Positions 33,814 through 37,754 of a stretch of DNA of 37,754 nucleotides are shown here, in pieces. The notes below the pieces were generated by a model. The model did no database searches. It was not told where the DNA came from and saw nothing but the letters and a program-made list of their open reading frames with translations. A program made the position numbers and the translations under genes. How positions within the stretch are numbered: the stretch's first letter is position 1; each line of letters begins with the position of its first letter. The stretch is from Nemertoderma westbladi (lineage: Eukaryota > Animalia > Xenacoelomorpha), in contig JAUCBJ010007413.1 in the NCBI GenBank assembly GCA_032718475.1, positions 1 through 37,754 on the forward strand, read 5' to 3'.

Positions 33814-35940
33814 TATATGAAGAACGTGTTGTGAAAGCTGCACGGTAAATGGAAAACGTATTCATGGTTTGTGAAATTAGGTTTGCATCTTATTCAGCGT
33901 CTATTACTCAATAGTTTCATTCGGTACCGAACTGATAAATCCACTCCCAAACACTATAACTTCAGTGACTTTGTGATGGATGCAGTTGATTACCTCACCC
34001 AAATACCAACTAAGAGAGACAAGTGCAGCCTCATAGGAACTCCAGCACCGGTACATACACCAGTAAAGATGGGCGCAACTGATAAGACGTCGCGACCCCA
34101 GAAGCGTTGTCGGGTCTGTTGGGTAAACAAGACTGAAAAAAGTATATTTATTTGTGCTGTTTGTCTAGACAAACCTGGTTTATGTCTAGGATGTTTCACT
34201 ATGTAGTATGTACCCACCCCATTTGAAATAAATCAGAATATAATATAAATAATTATTTTTGGGTTTAAAAAATAAAGAAAAAAAAAGAAAAAAAAATGAA
34301 AAAAAAATGAAAATAAAAATGAAAAAAAATGAAAAAAAGGAAAATTTTTTCGTTTAGAAATGTTTGCCATTTGTTTCAGATTAAAAAAAACTCAAAACTG
34401 AGTTTATACGACCATTACAATCAAAGTTACGCGTCATAAAGCAAACTCAATATTTTGCTAAAAATGTTGGAACACTAGCTGGTGCAAATTTATTAGGCTC
34501 TGGGCCGGAAAGGGTTAAATATCAGACTGCTTTGAAAACATTACCTTCGCAAAGCATATTTCATAGCTCATTGGCACTGGTATTGAAGTGGTGCACTGTT
34601 TGAATGATTCTTATTCTAAACATTTAATATCTTTGGTTTAGGGGTTTTAAATGATGCTCTTTCTGATGCAACAACAATATTTCCAATAAATATTCATTAT
34701 ATGGTAGAACTTTACTTATTTTTATTTAGCTGCCTATTTCTACTTATTTTTTTTAGTTGTCAGCATTATATACGTTTATTTTATTACATTTAGCATCTTT
34801 TCAACTTACTTTTAAAACTATTTTCAATAGACTGAAGATATATTTTTTAGACAGGCCACGAAATTGCTAAATAATAAAATAATCCCATTAATAACACATT
34901 ATTAATATGGCGGGCATACCTTTACATCTAGCAGCCAGTAAAGTATAAAGTATGTAAAGTAAAGGCATGAGTATAATTAATTCCACAGGTGTAAGGGGTT
35001 ATCCGTTATTATTACTGGACTTCCGATTCCGATAATGTCGCTGTCAGTACTGGTAGATACTTTGTCTGTTGTTATGCTCGGGACTGATATCGGTGCATGT
35101 ACTGATTCAGCTCAGATTATTTGGGTTGGTTCTGATGATTCCGTACCGAATGGTGAATGTAGATGCTCCTGATTGGAGTCAATTCATTCCTTGATTGAGT
35201 GATTGATAAGTTAGATTTTGTCGGAGTGGCTACCTGGAGGTACTGACTCTGGTACCGGTGGTCCGTCTGGTACCGGTACTGATTTTCCTGCCCAATGAAG
35301 GTTGATAACCTTATGCTCAGGGTACAAAATTCTGCACTTCATATTGGATATAACTGACTCGTTCATCTTTGATTCTTTGTTCCTCGAGAAAGGTAATGCG
35401 ATCTAATAAAGTGGCACTGATACCCATGAATTACGTACCAGTAGGTGGGATTATCCAGTTGTCTCCTTCTTTTCCATCATTACAGTCATCATGATAAACA
35501 TCTTCTCTTCCTTCGTCGTCGGAGTCGCGGAAGTTTAGTTGAACAGTTATGTCCATGTCAACAGATTCCATAGAATCTGTACCGATAACTGTAGTAGGTA
35601 AGCGCTCTGCGCAGAGAAGCATTTCAGCACAAGAACCTGATGTGACGACATCTTTGCTAGCTAAGAATCATTTGAGTTGTATGTTATTCATTCCAGGAAA
35701 AGCCATATCAATGCAATATCGCAGGGTAAATCAAACAGTCAGGACAGGCAGTGTACAATTTCAGTACAGCAGTAATGAAATGTAGATAACTAAATTACTC
35801 ACTGAAGTCTTAACCTTGGAGTGGGTAGTCTTTCCATGTTGCTTCCGTGCAGTTTCCATACATATATATTACCCAATATCAATTATGTTCAGTTTGTAAT
35901 TATCTACTATGGATGTCAAACGGTTTTTGACCGTCGTCAT

Positions 35941-36803
35941 TGTCACCTAGTACTTACTGATTGTGCTGTAATCCGTTTACCGGTACTTATATATATATCA
36001 GCTATTATTAACAACGATAAACCAATAACTCTTGTTATACACCAGCCTATGGCCTTTCAGCCTTTGCATTTACTAGGACGTGGCGACACGTACTAAACAC
36101 GACACAAACTCACTGGTCGGGTTCCTGCGCCAACTCGGATCCCATCACAGTCAAAAATCCACACAAAGTCAAAAACCAGACAAAAACGAAAATCTAGAAT
36201 AACGAACGTCACAACGACACGCCAACATGAGCCAGGGAAAGAAGGCCCAGAGTTCAATCTGAGGAGGGAGTCTGCCGCGCAATCCCTGCTACATTCAGGA
36301 TTCGCTGGAAGACGACAGTTCGGTTAGAGTGGAGGAAGGCAGATGGGTATGGGACGGAGGACGCGAGTCGAAATGTGGGAGCGGCGGTGAGAAAAGCACT
36401 GGTGCCATCAGCCAACCAGTGGCTATGGGTGGCGAACAGCCCACCAGAACAGCAACGGGCGGGCTGACGGTGCAACGCCGAATGAGACAAGGAAAGGAGG
36501 ATGTTCGGGAAGAGGACGTTGTGACAAGTGATCATCTATGATGAGGGTATAACGGCACCCAAAGAATCCTCAACGAAAGGAAAGATAGATCAACCGAAAA
36601 TAAACCGCAAACTGGGTGAGTGCGATGAACATTTTCATTATTTAGCCCGATCTGGGCAGGGCAAGTTAGAGAACGAGAGGGCGAGAGAGGTCATCACAAG
36701 ACTGTTTGAATTGTGGCGATCGGGGATAGTGTCATACAGTAGAGTGTACATAGGACCCTATCTAGTATATATATATATATATATATAGTCCCCTAGCACG
36801 ACA
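35941..36803. repeat. Possible solo LTR
   Basis: TG...CA ends with imperfect inverted termini TGTCACCTAG / CTAGCACGACA; GC-richer interior; (TA)n at ~36767-36787. No matching TSD found. Confidence 0.3.
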
Positions 36804-36869
36804 TCGGTTTCGAATTGTTAGAGAGGCAGTTAGAGGAGGGAACTGCGTTGTTAGAAAGGGAATGTGAGT

Positions 36870-37458
36870 TAGTGAGAGAGTGTAGAGAGAGAGAGCCGAG
36901 AAAGCGGCGAGAGAGTATAGAGAGAGGGTTGAGAGAGAAGATGCGAGGGAAGCAGAGAGGTTTGAGAGACAGGTGAATGAGCATAAAGAACAAGATGCGA
37001 GGGAAGAGGAGAGGTTTGAGAGAGAGATGAACGAGTATAAAGAGCAAGACGTGAGGGAAGCAGAAAGGACTGCGAGGGAAGCAGAGAGGATTGAGAAAGA
37101 TAGGGAGTTGGTGAACCAGACTGTTAGAGAGGATCTGGAGAGAGAGATAGTGAAATTTCGAAAATATTCCAAAAAGGGTACTTTTCTTACAGGAAATAAT
37201 GTTTTAATAAATTACAATAACAATAATAACAATATTAATACTGGTGTAATATATAATTTAAATAATATTGAAGGTAGCGGTGAACGAAATAATTTAAATA
37301 ATAATATATTAAATAACAAAGTACAAAATAATAACGGTATAATTAATATAAATAATAATGAGATGCATAATTCGCCTAGCGGGGGCCTACAAGGCCACAT
37401 GGAAATGGGGATGGAGGCAAATCAACTTGAGCAACATGTTGACTGGAGGAGAGCGTAG
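36870..37458 (+). other. Low-complexity Glu/Arg coiled-coil repeat plus Asn-rich reading frame; possible retroelement ORF1/gag remnant
   Basis: 54-nt (18-aa) period EDAREAERFERQVNEHKE / QDAREEERFEREMNEYKE / QDVREAER, followed by AAT-rich codons; ORF 36973-37458. Confidence 0.4.
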
Positions 37459-37489
37459 GGAAATGAATATATGGGACGGGGTGCAAGTG

Positions 37490-37754
37490 AAAGTTACTAG
37501 GATCGGCATGCTGCATTGCAGCTGCATTTTTAAGAATGCTGTGCCGGCTTGTCAACAAAATTGCACCACCACAACTCCCTATCACCCATGACATTTGCTA
37601 GATCATCCGCATCTTTAAGGCCAGTGTCCTTTAAGATGCGTCTCAAGAAAGTCATGGGCTGTCCACCATGCTTATTCACTCCATGAGGCTGCCAAAGTAC
37701 AAGATTATGCACTGGCTGGTCCTCACGGCGAAAGCAATGTCCTGCAAAGCGGAG
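37490..37754 (-). mobile_element. 3' end of a second copy of the RTE-clade LINE (continues beyond the window)
   Basis: 37631-37754 matches 301-424 with 2 substitutions. ORF end LVLWQP..G...T....LKDTGL...DLANVMGDRELW (37530-37712). Confidence 0.92.

Larger units (their letters stand above)
31063..34514 (+). mobile_element. Internally deleted piggyBac transposon with both TIRs and TTAA TSDs
   Basis: TTAA(31059-62)|CCCTTTCCGGACCA ... TGGGCCGGAAAGGG|TTAA(34515-18), a 13/14 TIR match. Retains the acidic N-terminus (31335-31733, DEESV repeats), LTDKLIEILCKYTN, and C-terminal W.VKLGLHL..LLNS plus the cysteine-rich domain KRCRVC...C.VC.DKPGLC.GCF (33871-34206). The catalytic core is absent. Confidence 0.93.

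Noticed and set aside
36081-36098. TGGCGAC as a Gypsy primer-binding site after a short LTR
   Set aside because: Not directly preceded by a CA LTR end, and no gag/pol motifs follow.

Overview
AT-rich eukaryotic (probably invertebrate animal) genomic DNA made almost entirely of nested, mostly decayed transposable elements. I found no intact host gene, rRNA, genuine tRNA or CRISPR array. In order along the window: right end of a TTAA-inserting piggyBac-type element; an RTE-clade LINE (-); a tRNA-derived SINE head; a pogo-family transposase pseudogene (+); a Sola-like transposase fragment (+); a Penelope-like 3' end with a hammerhead-ribozyme relic (-); a BEL/Pao LTR retrotransposon (-) interrupted by a young LINE with a 768-codon open ORF (+). 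Next come an unrecognised multi-exon pseudogene (-), invisible in the ORF track, and a divergent G2E3-like HECT E3 ligase pseudogene (+). These are followed by a foldback MITE, a second BEL/Pao element (-), a piggyBac transposase relic (-), an 11-copy 68-bp satellite with higher-order structure, a three-level nest (piggyBac > TA-flanked TIR element > MITE), a possible solo LTR, a low-complexity ORF, and a second RTE copy running off the window. The best candidates for something undescribed are the unknown spliced gene/HECT pair and the strongly over-represented TA-NNNN-TA palindromes, which may be excision footprints. Family assignments come from remembered motifs, not from database searches.
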